Notes: generated by a model from the sequence alone, not told the origin. Counted from the first letter of the stretch, positions 9,177 to 19,700 are shown. The stretch is 55,178 bases of DNA from Deltaproteobacteria bacterium (GCA_016874915.1 VGSW01000003.1:1-55178), one strand, 5' to 3'. Numbers and translations: made by a program.

Positions 9177-9777
9177 CCCTGTGACAACGATCGCTCAGTT
9201 TTATCCTTGGCGATCAAAAAAGTAACCCACTGTTAAACTTGATAAAATAATTTCGCATTCAGGCTAAACCGGAAGGGGTTTAGCCCTTAAGTAAAACAGG
9301 TTCGGGTTTCTCCTTACCTTCCCCACCTCTTCTCGCCCCTGGATCTCAGGCCTTTCTCCCGAGGAAATCAGAAATTTAGAGGAGAGAATTGGGAGTTCCC
9401 CGATTTACGAGGGGTGACCCCTTACACATAATTGTTGCCAATTTAAGGTTAGTTAAAGCAACTTAAAGACTATTTAAGCCATAAGCTAAAAAATCAATAA
9501 TCAAAATAACTTAGTTAATTGCCTTTTGATATTGCTGTTTAAAAATGGACAAAATTGCATAAATGTTAAAAAAGGTGAACGTTCCCTGCCCATTCTCCTG
9601 GGCCGGCTGGAAAAACCTCTTAGAGGGGAATCGGCATTGGGGCAAAGCGAATAAGCCAATTATTTTAGTAAGTTTCGGCTTATGCGCCTCGTTCCAAATA
9701 TTTTGACAACTCGTTTTTCAAACAACCGGTAAGACTGGAAAAGGGACCAATAGAAGGGTTTCTGGTTTCCCCGATAT

Positions 9778-9794
9778 TTGGCACAAGAAATGCT
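9778..9794 (+). promoter_or_regulatory. Sigma54 (-24/-12) promoter of the fibre-subunit operon
   Basis: TTGGCACAAGAAATGCT (GG-N10-GC), preceded by about 600 bp of AT-rich non-coding DNA. Confidence 0.75.
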
Positions 9795-9919
9795 AAAGTG
9801 AATCCGGAATCAGGCTATCACACAGATTTTATTAATTTTTTAAATTCTCTCTTGATATATAATATTTTGTTTATAAAATAAATGAAATAGATAACAAAAT
9901 GACAAGAAATGGGAGTGTA

Positions 9920-10420
9920 ATGAGGATTGGAACCCTGGCCCTGGCAGTTCTGACCCTAGGGCTGTTGGCCAGCGCGACCTGGGGGGCGCTGACGGAAACC
10001 GTGGTGGTGAATGTGGACGCGCTGGTGGCTTCCGCCGCCAATCTGACCATAGGAGCCACCACCATTAATTTTCCCGACGCCGATCCTGATACCACCCCGG
10101 TGGTGCCAGCCCAGCAGAACCCCGTGGTTGTCACTGCCAGCGCCCAGACCGGCAGCAAAAAGGTGGTCGACCTGTCCGTCATGGCCGCGGGAGATTTAAC
10201 CTCGGGGAGCAACACCATTCCCATCACCAATGTTTCCTGGATCGCCACGGGGAGCGGCTATCTGCCTGGCACCATGAGCAGAACCAGTCCTCAACCCGCC
10301 GGCAACTGGCAGGGGCATGGCACCAGGAACGGCACCTTTTCCTATTTCCTGGTCAACAGTTGGGCCTATAAGACGGGGAATTATACCGCCACCGCCACTT
10401 ATACCCTGACAGTGCCCTGA
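9920..10420 (+). CDS. Secreted pilin-like beta-sandwich subunit 1
   Basis: Signal peptide, N-terminal alternating strand (ETVVVNVDALV), C-terminal GNYTATATYTLTVP, paralog of 10533. Confidence 0.75.
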   Translation: MRIGTLALAVLTLGLLASATWGALTETVVVNVDALVASAANLTIGATTINFPDADPDTTPVVPAQQNPVVVTASAQTGSKKVVDLSVMAAGDLTSGSNTIPITNVSWIATGSGYLPGTMSRTSPQPAGNWQGHGTRNGTFSYFLVNSWAYKTGNYTATATYTLTVP

Positions 10421-10532
10421 GGCGGCGGCCCCATAAACAGATAAGGATAAGTAGCAAATACTGCTCAGCAGTTTGATGAAACAAACCAGCCCCCATGAAA
10501 TTGACTAAAACCATAAGGAGAGGAAACAAATC

Positions 10533-11030
10533 ATGAGGTTAAGGACCATCTTCTTGGCAGTCCTGGCTCTGACCCTGGTGGCCTCCGCCGCCTGGGCAGT
10601 GACCGCGACGCAAGACATTACCATCAGCACCAACATCGCTTCCCGGGCCAAAATCACCATGCCCACGACCACGGTGACCTTCCCCGACTCGGATCCGGAT
10701 ACCACTCCTTCGGTGAGCGCCACCCAAAACCCCCTGACCATTACCTGCGCGGCCCGCACCGGGGCCTCCAGCGCGGTCACCGTGACCGTAAAAGCTGCGG
10801 ATGATCTGAAGGACGGCGCCAAGTCCATCGGCATCAGCAACGTCGCCTGGACGGCCACGGGCGCGGGTTACATAGCCGGCACCATGAGCAAGAGCGCGGA
10901 CCAGAATGTGGGATCCTGGACCGGTTCCGGCAGCCGGGCCGGCACCCTGAGCTTCGCCCTGGCCAACAGTTGGGACTATGAGACCGGTAACTACAGCGCC
11001 ACGGCCACTTACACCCTGACCGTACCTTAA
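10533..11030 (+). CDS. Secreted pilin-like subunit 2 (probable major subunit)
   Basis: TAAGGAG RBS, signal peptide, QDITISTNI donor-like strand, C-terminal GNYSATATYTLTVP, followed by a terminator. Confidence 0.78.
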   Translation: MRLRTIFLAVLALTLVASAAWAVTATQDITISTNIASRAKITMPTTTVTFPDSDPDTTPSVSATQNPLTITCAARTGASSAVTVTVKAADDLKDGAKSIGISNVAWTATGAGYIAGTMSKSADQNVGSWTGSGSRAGTLSFALANSWDYETGNYSATATYTLTVP

Positions 11031-11090
11031 TAGACTTCCCCGGAGCGTTGGCCGCAGGGGGCGGGAGCTCGTCCCCGGCATAAATTTACC

Positions 11091-11125
11091 CAGGGGCGAT
11101 TGGCCAGGTCGCCCCTGACTTTTTT
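11091..11125 (+). terminator. Intrinsic terminator after subunit 2
   Basis: CAGGGGCGAT...GGTCGCCCCTG followed by ACTTTTTT. Confidence 0.8.
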
Positions 11126-11184
11126 ATCCGGCCCCGGTGGTTAATGTCCACTTTACAAATCCATAATTTTCTTGAATAATTGCA

Positions 11185-11703
11185 GTGGACAAGGTACCCC
11201 CTTATTTCTCCTCTTTCCGGAGTGGTGAAAAAATTTATTTTTGGCTTTTGAAAACTGAAGTGATAATAATTTTCTGGTTGCTAATCTTGGGTATGGTGAC
11301 CGCCAGTCCCGCTGTCGCTGCCAAGGTGGCGCCCCCGGGAGCAAAGCTGGTGATCAGTCCCCAATCCCTGATCTTCCAGGTGGGGACTCCCCCGGCGGTA
11401 GCCGTGGCGGAAGTCACGGTGCAGGTAATCTCTCCGGGACAGCAGCCCTGGCGGCTTACGGTCATGGCCTTGGGGGACTTGCAATCCGAGGAAGGAACCC
11501 GGATTCCCGTCAACCAGGTTACCTGGCGGGGCAGGCCGGGCGCAGTGTTCGTGGACGGCGCCTTGAGCGCCAACCACCCCCAGCTCCTGGCCCGGGGTCA
11601 GAGCTCCAAGGCGGGAGTGGTGCGCTTTTTCTTGAAAAACCGCTGGGAGCATGCCGAAGGCCGCTACAGCCAACGCCTGATCTTCAACCTGAGTTCCCCA
11701 TGA
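11185..11703 (+). CDS. Secreted pilin-like subunit 3 (true start probably about 11248-11260)
   Basis: Shares GDL...IPVNQVTW and GRYSQRLIFNLSSP with the paralogs; its stop overlaps the next start (ATGA). Confidence 0.7.
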   Translation: MDKVPPYFSSFRSGEKIYFWLLKTEVIIIFWLLILGMVTASPAVAAKVAPPGAKLVISPQSLIFQVGTPPAVAVAEVTVQVISPGQQPWRLTVMALGDLQSEEGTRIPVNQVTWRGRPGAVFVDGALSANHPQLLARGQSSKAGVVRFFLKNRWEHAEGRYSQRLIFNLSSP

Positions 11704-12503
11704 TAAAAAAATGGTTTTTCGCGCTGGGATTATTGGTGCTTTTAGGAATCTGGGAGGCGCAGCCCGCGGCCGCCCAGTTGAATCTCTTGGTCAGCCCCAT
11801 CCGGGTGGAACAGAAGCTCCAGCCGGGAAGCTCTGAAACCGACATCATCTCGGTGCGCAACGAAGGCGGCCGCCCGGTGCGGGTCAAGGTCTATCTGGAA
11901 GACTGGCAGATGGACGCCAAAGGCAGCCTCACTTATTTCCGTCCGGGACGGGTTCCCCAGTCCTGCGCCGCCTGGCTTCAATTGAACCCGGCTGATTTTC
12001 GGGTGGAAGCGGGTCAAACCAGGGAAGTGCGTTTCACCCTCACCGTGCCCCCCGGAGCCAAGACAGGCACTTACTGGGCCGCCATCATCTTCGAGGGCCT
12101 GCCCGTAGAAGAAAAAGTGACGGTGCAAAAAAGGATCGGCGTCCTGGGCCGCATTGGGGTGGTGCTTTACCAAACCGTGGGCAACCCGGAGGTCAAGGCC
12201 CAATTTCAGGACTTGCAGGTGGTGCCGGATAAGAAAGGGGTGACCTTCAAGATAGCCTTCACCAACCCGGGCCAGGGATTTGTCCGGGTCAAAAAGAGCT
12301 GGATCGCGGTGAAAAATTCCCAGGGCCAGGAGGTGGCCAAGCTGGAAATCCCCGATATTCCGGTGCTGCCCGGCGGCTCTCGGGACCTGGAATTGAAGCA
12401 CGAAAAGCCTTTGCCGCCGGGCAACTACCAGGTGGAGGCGGTGGTGGACCTGGGCCGCCGGGAACTCCAGGGGCGCAAAAAGCCCTTCACCGTGGGCCGC
12501 TGA
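11700..12503 (+). CDS. Periplasmic pilus chaperone-like protein (PapD/DUF916-like, two Ig-like domains)
   Basis: Signal peptide, VSPIRVE, VRNEG, W.QL.P..F.VEAGQTREVRFTLTVP, YWAAIIFE, second domain FTNPG...VLPGGSR. Confidence 0.75.
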   Translation: MIKKWFFALGLLVLLGIWEAQPAAAQLNLLVSPIRVEQKLQPGSSETDIISVRNEGGRPVRVKVYLEDWQMDAKGSLTYFRPGRVPQSCAAWLQLNPADFRVEAGQTREVRFTLTVPPGAKTGTYWAAIIFEGLPVEEKVTVQKRIGVLGRIGVVLYQTVGNPEVKAQFQDLQVVPDKKGVTFKIAFTNPGQGFVRVKKSWIAVKNSQGQEVAKLEIPDIPVLPGGSRDLELKHEKPLPPGNYQVEAVVDLGRRELQGRKKPFTVGR

Positions 12504-12540
12504 TCAGTAATCAGTGATCAGTAATCAGTGGCCAGTGGTT
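12502..12540. repeat. Heptamer tandem repeat (CAGTnnT), with an inverted partner at 12749-12770
   Basis: atcagta-atcagtg-atcagta-atcagtg-gccagtg versus actactggca-actgaccact. Confidence 0.7.
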
Positions 12541-12574
12541 GGAACTTATTATTCAAGTTTCGCACCCCCATCCC

Positions 12575-12690
12575 GGTGGGGCGGGCCTCCGTGCCCGCCT
12601 TCCGTTGGATGGCCGGAGATGGCCCCCCTTCCTGGCACGGCTTAATTTTCATTGTTCGTTGTGACCCTTAGGTCATGATAGTTCGTTCAG
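12575..12690 (+). repeat. About 116-bp direct repeat, copy 1
   Basis: GGTGGGGCGGGCCTCCGTGCCCGCCT ... TTAATTTTCATTGTTCGTTGTGACCCTTAGGTCATGATAGTTCG, nearly identical at 15358-15473. Confidence 0.85.
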
Positions 12691-12940
12691 AATGACCTAC
12701 AGGGAGAAGTTAAGGTTTTGAAATAGCTTCTAATATTCTGGTTTTCCTTGACTACTGGCAACTGACCACTTCCCGGTTTCTCTTGCCTCTTCATCCGAAC
12801 CTCTTTCAATAATTTTCTTGCCCCCTCTTTTACCCCAAATTTTGTCTAACCTTTTCAAAGAGTTATGCTAAAATACAAAAGTTAAAATCAGGGATAGAAA
12901 TATAACCTATTAAAAATACTCTATTTTTCCAGCCTGGCTA

Positions 12941-15199
12941 ATGATTCACGTCCATCCTCCCCGGAGGAGTTCCAGGGCTTCGGGCTCAGGGTGGTGCTAT
13001 CTTCTCTGGCTGGCGCTCTTGACCTTCTGGTTCAGCTCCCTCCCGGCCTGGGCCATTCCTGAGGGCGGCGGCCGGGTAGGCGGGTCTTTCTATTCCCTGC
13101 AGTTCCGGACGCTGGGTCAGCAGTTCTCTTTGAGTGAAGCCTACGGCTTCCTGGACCTTTTCCAGAACATCCCCAATTATGGCCTGGTGGAAGGCAGGGT
13201 GGCCTTCTCCAAGCTCCAGGAACCCGCGGGGTCGAACGACCCTACCGGTTGGCGCCAGGCTTACGGCCGCCTCAGCCTGAAAAATTACCGCTGGGGCCGG
13301 GGAGTCCTGGCCCTGGCCGCAGGGGACGACGCCTTCAATCTCACCGAATTCCCGGTGAAATTCACCAGCTTCTTCTACCCTCTGGTCTATTACCGGGGAT
13401 TAGGCATCCAATACGCGCATCCCTGGTTCCAGGTTTACCTTTTGGGAGGCGAAGTGACCCGGTCCCGGGGACTGGCGGGGGAGACGTTCCTGGGTCTGGG
13501 GGAAAGCCTTTACGGAGTCATGGCCCGCTTTCAGCCTTATGAGCGGCTGCTCCTGGAGACCAATTTTTACCTCACCCGGAATGAAAAGGATTTCACCGGC
13601 AATCTGGTCACCAAAGACAACCAAGTCTACCGGTTGGCTGGTCAGTGGCGGGTTTGGTCCCAGCTTTATTCCACCGGAGAATTCATGCAGAGCTTCTCGG
13701 CGGGCCCCCAATCCCAAAAAGAGCGGGACCTGGCGTACCGCGCCGGTGGCATGTGGAAGGGCGACCGCCTGCGCCTGGAGACCAATTACCGTTATTTCGG
13801 GCCCCGGTTTCACTTAATCAACGAAATCTTCCAGCCCGATCAAGCCGTCAAGGGATACTATGTGGCCGGGGAAGCCAAGCCCTGGCCCTTCCTCTCAGCC
13901 TTCGGCAGCCTCGATACGGCCCGGAATTTTGCTGTGGATCCCGGCCAGAGCATCACCCAAACCGAAACCCGTTCCCTGGGACTGGGGTTTTACCGCGCCC
14001 CCTGGCCGTCCTCATATGTCCGCTATAATGAGAGCAACCTGATCACCCGGAGTGATTTTCCCGTGGCGGTGCGGGGGCGGACCCGAAGTCTGTACAGCGA
14101 AACCATGAAAAAATTCGGGTTCATTGATGCGTATGCCCGTTATGAAAGGTTCCAGTTTTCAGACCAGATCAATCCAGGCCGCAGTTACCGCAAGGAAGCC
14201 CCTGTTTTGGGGGTCAGGGCCTTTCATAAGAAATTCTTGTGGTACGTGGAAGGGGAATATGACCGCTTTTCTCCCCCCAGCGCCGGCCAGGGCTTTGATG
14301 GCCTGTACCTGAAGGTGGGGGGAAACTATTTTGCCAGCCCTGATTGGAGTGTTTACGGGGAAGTGAGTTACCGTCCCTCCAGCCGCCGTTATGGCGGGCA
14401 ATTGGGGGTATATTGGAACCTGCCTTACGGCTTCCGGATCCGGGCCTTTGGCCGGATAGAAAAAGGCACCACCGGGACCGGCGACTTCATCAATAATTTT
14501 TATACCAATCAGATCACCCTGGAAATCATCAAAGTCCTGTCCTGGGGCAAAAAAGTCGAAGTGGCGGGATTAAAGCCGGGCCAGGAATGGCTGGGGTCAG
14601 GAAGCATTGAAGGTTGGGTGTTCAATGATGTAAACGCCAACCAGTCCCTGGACTCGGGAGAGCAAGGAGTGGAAAACGTTAGAATCAAGCTGGAGGACGG
14701 CAGCACCACGGTTACAGACCGGAAAGGCTATTACCAGTTTCCCGCGGTGGCTGCCGGGAAGCACGTGGTTACCCTGGACTCCCGAAAGATTCCCGCGGCC
14801 TTCACTTTTGAAGGCGCGGAAACCCTGGCGGTGGAGGTGAAGCGCCGGGCCACCGCCCGGGCGGACTTCCCCTTTGTCCGGGGGGCCAGCATCCGAGGAC
14901 GGGTGGTGGAAGACGTCAAGGGCGCGGGTAAGCCGCCGCCGGACGCCAAAGGGGTTCCTGACGTGCTGTTGGTGCTGAAGCCGGGGGACCTGAACACTTA
15001 TACGGACAGCGAAGGGGATTTCGCCTTTGAAGGGGTGGTGCCCAAGGAATATGAACTCAGCATCCTGGCCGAAACCTTGCCGGAAGACACCCAAGTCACC
15101 ACCCTGCCGGCCATCAAGGTGACCCTGACTCCAGGAGGCCAGGCTCACGGCCTCATCTTCGGGATCCACCGCCGGGAGCGGCCGATTATCTTCAAATAA
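12941..15199 (+). CDS. Outer-membrane beta-barrel (usher-like) with two C-terminal SdrD-B/carboxypeptidase-regulatory-like domains
   Basis: Signal peptide, about 500 aa of aromatic-rich amphipathic strands, then GSIEGWVFNDVNANQSLDSGEQGV..TTVTDRKGYYQF and a second GASIRGRV..TYTDSEGDFAF repeat. Confidence 0.7.
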   Translation: MIHVHPPRRSSRASGSGWCYLLWLALLTFWFSSLPAWAIPEGGGRVGGSFYSLQFRTLGQQFSLSEAYGFLDLFQNIPNYGLVEGRVAFSKLQEPAGSNDPTGWRQAYGRLSLKNYRWGRGVLALAAGDDAFNLTEFPVKFTSFFYPLVYYRGLGIQYAHPWFQVYLLGGEVTRSRGLAGETFLGLGESLYGVMARFQPYERLLLETNFYLTRNEKDFTGNLVTKDNQVYRLAGQWRVWSQLYSTGEFMQSFSAGPQSQKERDLAYRAGGMWKGDRLRLETNYRYFGPRFHLINEIFQPDQAVKGYYVAGEAKPWPFLSAFGSLDTARNFAVDPGQSITQTETRSLGLGFYRAPWPSSYVRYNESNLITRSDFPVAVRGRTRSLYSETMKKFGFIDAYARYERFQFSDQINPGRSYRKEAPVLGVRAFHKKFLWYVEGEYDRFSPPSAGQGFDGLYLKVGGNYFASPDWSVYGEVSYRPSSRRYGGQLGVYWNLPYGFRIRAFGRIEKGTTGTGDFINNFYTNQITLEIIKVLSWGKKVEVAGLKPGQEWLGSGSIEGWVFNDVNANQSLDSGEQGVENVRIKLEDGSTTVTDRKGYYQFPAVAAGKHVVTLDSRKIPAAFTFEGAETLAVEVKRRATARADFPFVRGASIRGRVVEDVKGAGKPPPDAKGVPDVLLVLKPGDLNTYTDSEGDFAFEGVVPKEYELSILAETLPEDTQVTTLPAIKVTLTPGGQAHGLIFGIHRRERPIIFK

Positions 15200-15357
15200 T
15201 TCCCCACCAAGACACCGGATTTGCAGGGAGCGCACTGCGCAGCAAAATGAGGCTGCTGCAAAAGTGCGCCAAGTGGGATTAGCTGGTTAATTTTTGTCAG
15301 TCTGGGCCACCCTCGGGGGCGAAGAATCGAGACCTTTCGCTTTATATGAAAATACCT

Positions 15358-15473
15358 GGTGGGGCGGGCCTCCGTGCCCGCCTGCCGGTGGGTGGCAGTG
15401 GATGGTGGCCCCACCTTTCAAGGTTTAATTTTCATTGTTCGTTGTGACCCTTAGATCATGATAGTTCGCTCAG
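15358..15473 (+). repeat. About 116-bp direct repeat, copy 2
   Basis: Matches 12575-12690 at both ends, with a diverged middle. Confidence 0.85.
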
Positions 15474-15643
15474 GGTGACAATTCGGGATTATTACAGTAA
15501 TTGCAACAGTCTTATAATTAATTCTCCCCACCCCGACGCCAGGAGCACCAAGGCGAAGCCCCGAGCAATTTGATTTGAGAGGCCCAGTCTCAAAAATGTT
15601 TTCCCGGCAACGTCTTGGTGTTCCTGGTCTCCGGGTGGAGGAC

Positions 15644-16144
15644 TCAAGGTGACGCCAGGGTCAGGGTGACGCTGGCCCCATAGTCGCCGGGAATAAGATT
15701 ACCCTGGTTTTTCAGAACAAAGCTGACTTGCCCCTGGTATACTCCGCTCCGGTTCCAACGGCCCATGGACTGTTGGCCGTTGCGGCTTAAAGACCCGCTT
15801 CTCCAGCCCTCGCCTTGAGAGGTCCAGTCCACCTGTTCCAGGGGGATGCGGCCGGAGGGGCCTTCCAGGTCCCGGGCGGCGCCGATGGACAGGACCAGGG
15901 GCTGGCCCCCGCTGATCCGGCCCCGGGCCGTAATTTGGACCGGCCCTTCCTGGGACGGGATGACCGGCTGGTCTTCGCTCCCCACCAAGGTGAGGTGGGA
16001 GTGGGAAAGGCTTAGGGAAACCCGGGGAAGGATGCGAGCCGTCAGGTGAAGGTTTTTCTGGGCTTCCGCCCCCAGAACCGGCGTCCCGGGCAGAAGCAGG
16101 CCTGCGAACAGAAAGGCCCGTAACCCGCTTAGTTTCTTCCGCAT
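15644..16144 (-). CDS. Secreted pilin-like subunit 4 (riboswitch-controlled)
   Basis: GGAGG RBS, signal peptide, QKNLHLTARI strand, DL..IPLEQVDW, C-terminal GDYGASVTLTLASP. Confidence 0.75.
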   Translation of the reverse strand: MRKKLSGLRAFLFAGLLLPGTPVLGAEAQKNLHLTARILPRVSLSLSHSHLTLVGSEDQPVIPSQEGPVQITARGRISGGQPLVLSIGAARDLEGPSGRIPLEQVDWTSQGEGWRSGSLSRNGQQSMGRWNRSGVYQGQVSFVLKNQGNLIPGDYGASVTLTLASP

Positions 16145-16202
16145 GACAACCTCCTGGGAAGTCTTGGGGTGCCGCGAAACTAAAGGTTTATGGGCCCCAG
16201 AC

Positions 16203-16284
16203 TTCGGCAGCCCGGCTGTCTTGCCTTTTCAGCAAGACCCGTGGCTTTGCGTCCCGTCCTCACGAACGGTTTGCCTTTTCGGTC
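16203..16284 (-). ncRNA. c-di-GMP-I (GEMM) riboswitch
   Basis: The minus strand reads GGCAAACCGTTC-GTGA-GGACGGGACGCAAAGCCACGGGTCTTGC...GCAAGACAGCCGGGCTGCCGAA, about 60 nt upstream of the 16144 start. Confidence 0.92.
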
Positions 16285-16795
16285 ACAGTAAATGCTTTAC
16301 CCTCTTATCGGCGAATCCTTCCAGGGAATAAATTTTTTCCTAGTTCTTCGAAATAATTTTCGTTGTCAGATTTGAGTGTATAGAGAATAGGGCCAGGGGG
16401 CGCCTCTCTTGACGCTTTGATATACAGCGCAATGATTCTTTCTTTGCAAAAGTCTCAAGTTCTGGTCTCCGTGCAAAAACCCTGGTGAGAAAATCCCTTT
16501 GGTCACGCCGAGATCCAAGATGATTTTTTATATAAACTGAAATTAGGCAGGGTTTTGTATCCTCAACTAGAATAAATTAGATAATCTATATTACTTTTGG
16601 CTGGCGCGCTAAATATTAGCTAAAATAGTTTTAAATAAAAAAATATTTAAATTAAAATAGTATAAAAATGATAAATTGCGAATTTCATCACATTGACAAA
16701 AAATTATTCAATTTTATTTTAATATTTAAACCTGGAAGTTGTCAGGACCACATTCTTTTGAGATAATCATTTAGACAAGAACCACTCCAAAGGAG

Positions 16796-19700
16796 ATGAG
16801 TATGAAACCGGCAGAGGAAATCAAGACCCTGCGCCAGCAATTGCCTGCCTGGGAAAAAGATGCCTCCGACCTGGACGCCCTGCGCCAGCAGCTTCCTTAT
16901 CACAAGCTGCGCCGGGTGAAGAAGGGTAAGGTCCTCCCCATTGATTGGCAGACGGAATGGGAACGCTTCGACGCCCGGGAACTCTTTAATTTCGACCTGG
17001 CCTCCATTCCGGAAAAAATGCTGGAGAGTATGCGAAAACGCCAGGAAGTCCTGATGGACGGCAACCAGGCGGCCCTGTCGGTACTCACCCGGGTGGTGGA
17101 CGGCCTCTGCGGCTACCCCATCACCCCCTCCACTCCCATCGCCGAAGGCTTCGCCCGGGCCGCGGCCAACGGGCAGAAGAACCTCTTCGGCCACGAGCTT
17201 ATGTATTTCCAGCCCTCAGATGAACTGTCCGCCATCGCCGCGGTGGAAGCCATGGCCGCCCAAGGGGGGCGCTACGCCGACAACACTTCGTCCCAGGGCC
17301 TGCTGCTGAAGACCAAGAACCTGTTCTCCGTGGCCGGCAAGCGTCTCCCCGTGATCATGACCGTCATGGCCCGGGAAGTCAACAAAGGCTCCCTGAGCAT
17401 CCACTGCGGCCATACTGACTTCTACGGGGTGCGCAGCGCCGGCTGGGCCCAACTGATGGCCGCGGACAACCAGGAGCTGCACGACCTCCTGGCCATCGCC
17501 TTCAAAGTGGCGGAACTGCGCCAGGTGATGCTGCCAGTGATGGCCATCGGCGACGGCTTCATCAAGAGCCATGCCATTGAGAATATTAGGGAGTTGTCCA
17601 ACGACTTTTTGGAATACTTCGTGGGCCTCCCCAACCGCTTCTACCAGCCCGACTTCGAGCACGGCGTCCTCACCGGCACTTTCACCGACATGGACCTGAC
17701 CATGGAAGGCCAGGTGGCCCAGGATACGGCCTACCGCTTTTTCAAACGGGGCTTCGTGGCGGCCATGTACGTGATGAACAAGGTCCTGGGCACCAATCTC
17801 AAGGTGGTGGAGTGTTACCGCACCGAGGACGCGGACATGGTCATCGTCATCATGGGCTCCGCCGCCGGGGTGGTGAAAGACGTGGTGGACTACTACCGGG
17901 ATGTGAAGGGCTACCGCATCGGGGTGGTGCGGCCCGTCCTCTTCAACCCGCCCTGCTACGAGGAGCTGGCCTTCGGCATGCGCAACGCCAAGGTCATCAG
18001 CGTCTTGGAGCGCAGCGCCCGGGCCCACAACCAGCTTCTCATGTACGACGTGCAGGCGGCCCTGCAGATTTCATTCCGGGCCATGCGGGAAGGGAAAAAA
18101 GAGCACCGCCTCTATGGCCGGGAAATCATGCCCACCCTGCTCCACGGAGTTTACGGCCTGGGCAGCAAGGATTTTAACAAGTATGACGCGGCCGCGGTGG
18201 TGGAGAACATGGTGGCCTGTCTGGAGGGCAAGCGGGGATTCCTGAGGGATTCTTACTCGGGCATCGAAGGCCCCTTGTCCTTGCAGCCAGCCGCCCTTCC
18301 CGGCTACCTGGAGCGGGAGCTGAGCATGACCTTCATCGGGGTGGGCGCCGAAGGGGTGAAAACCGCCTTGGAAAGCGCCGCCCTGGTCTATGCCGAAGAC
18401 ACCGGCCCCAGCCACATCTACGTGCAGACCGGGGCCCGTTACGGTGCGGCCCGCAAGGGCGCCCCGGTCTTCATGAACCTGCGCCTCAGCTCCCAGCCCA
18501 TCCGCAACAGCTCGGAGCTCACGGAGCGGGACGTCCTGGCCTTCTTCAATGAAAAATTCATGAAGGGCCAGATCCTGAAAGAATACGTGGGCGGCCTGAA
18601 AAAACACGGGCTGCTGGTCATCAACACCGACAGAAGCCCGGAAGAGGTGGTGGCCGAATTTCCTGAGCAGATTCAGTCCCTTATCAAGTACCGCCAGATC
18701 AAGGTCCAGACGTTGGACGGCACCCGGGCGGCCCTGCAGCACCTGAACCGCAACCTCCCCGGCGCACCCATCATCGGCCTCATCAATAAAGAGATGGGGA
18801 TTCTCACCGAGAAGCAGTTTGAGCAGAAGTTTAAGAAAACCCTGGAGAAAATACTGGGCACCAAAAAGAAAGAAATGCTGGAGTCCAACATCGCCTTGCT
18901 GCGTTTCGGCGCCGAGCGGGCCAGCGGCTCCCCCGCGGAGCGGGCCAAGGCGGCCCTGATCCTGGAGCGGGGCGGGCCTACCTATGTCCGGCACCAGCCC
19001 GAGAACTTCGGCCAGGGGCGCCGGGCCGCGGGGCTGCGGGTGCACCTGTCGGACAAGGACGAACTGGGCACCATCAAGCCCGTGCCCCTGTTCGAAGACT
19101 ACCAGGAGACTTTCCGCCAGGAAATGGTGCAGCCCATCCTGGAGGGCCAGAAGGTCTCCTGGGACCGGTTCTTGCCGGTGGTCCCCGCGGCCACCAGCCG
19201 TTACCGGGACATGAGCCACGTCGCCACCTCGCTGCCGGTCTATGACCCGGAAAAGTGCATCGCCTGCGGCATCTGCACCGCGTCGTGTCCCGATTCGGCA
19301 CTGCACTCCACCATCACTTACCGGCCCATCAGCGCCACGGCGGAGCGCTATTTCAAGGTCTTCAAGAAACCGCCCAAGGGGGTTCCCTGGAACCGCTTTG
19401 CCTTGAACCTCTGCGCCGACCCCAGCGCCTGCAAGGGCTGCGGCGTCTGCGCCCAGGTCTGCCCCACCGACGCGCTTCGCATGGTGTCCAAGGATGAACT
19501 GCGGCCCGAGGACTTTCTCCCCCAGGCCTACCGAGATTGGGACCACACCACGGAGCTGGCCCCCTTCGTGGATCAGCTGGCCCTGAATCACCAGGTGCTC
19601 TTCGTTTTCTCCAAGCTCTATCCCGGCAAGCACACCTTGTGTCCGGGGTGCGGCGAGGGAGTCATCAACCTGCTCACCTTCTTCGCGGCGGAGTCCCTGC

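Noticed and set aside
16203-16284. 3',3'-cGAMP (GEMM-Ib) assignment for the riboswitch
   Set aside because: The discriminating position reads G, which favours c-di-GMP.
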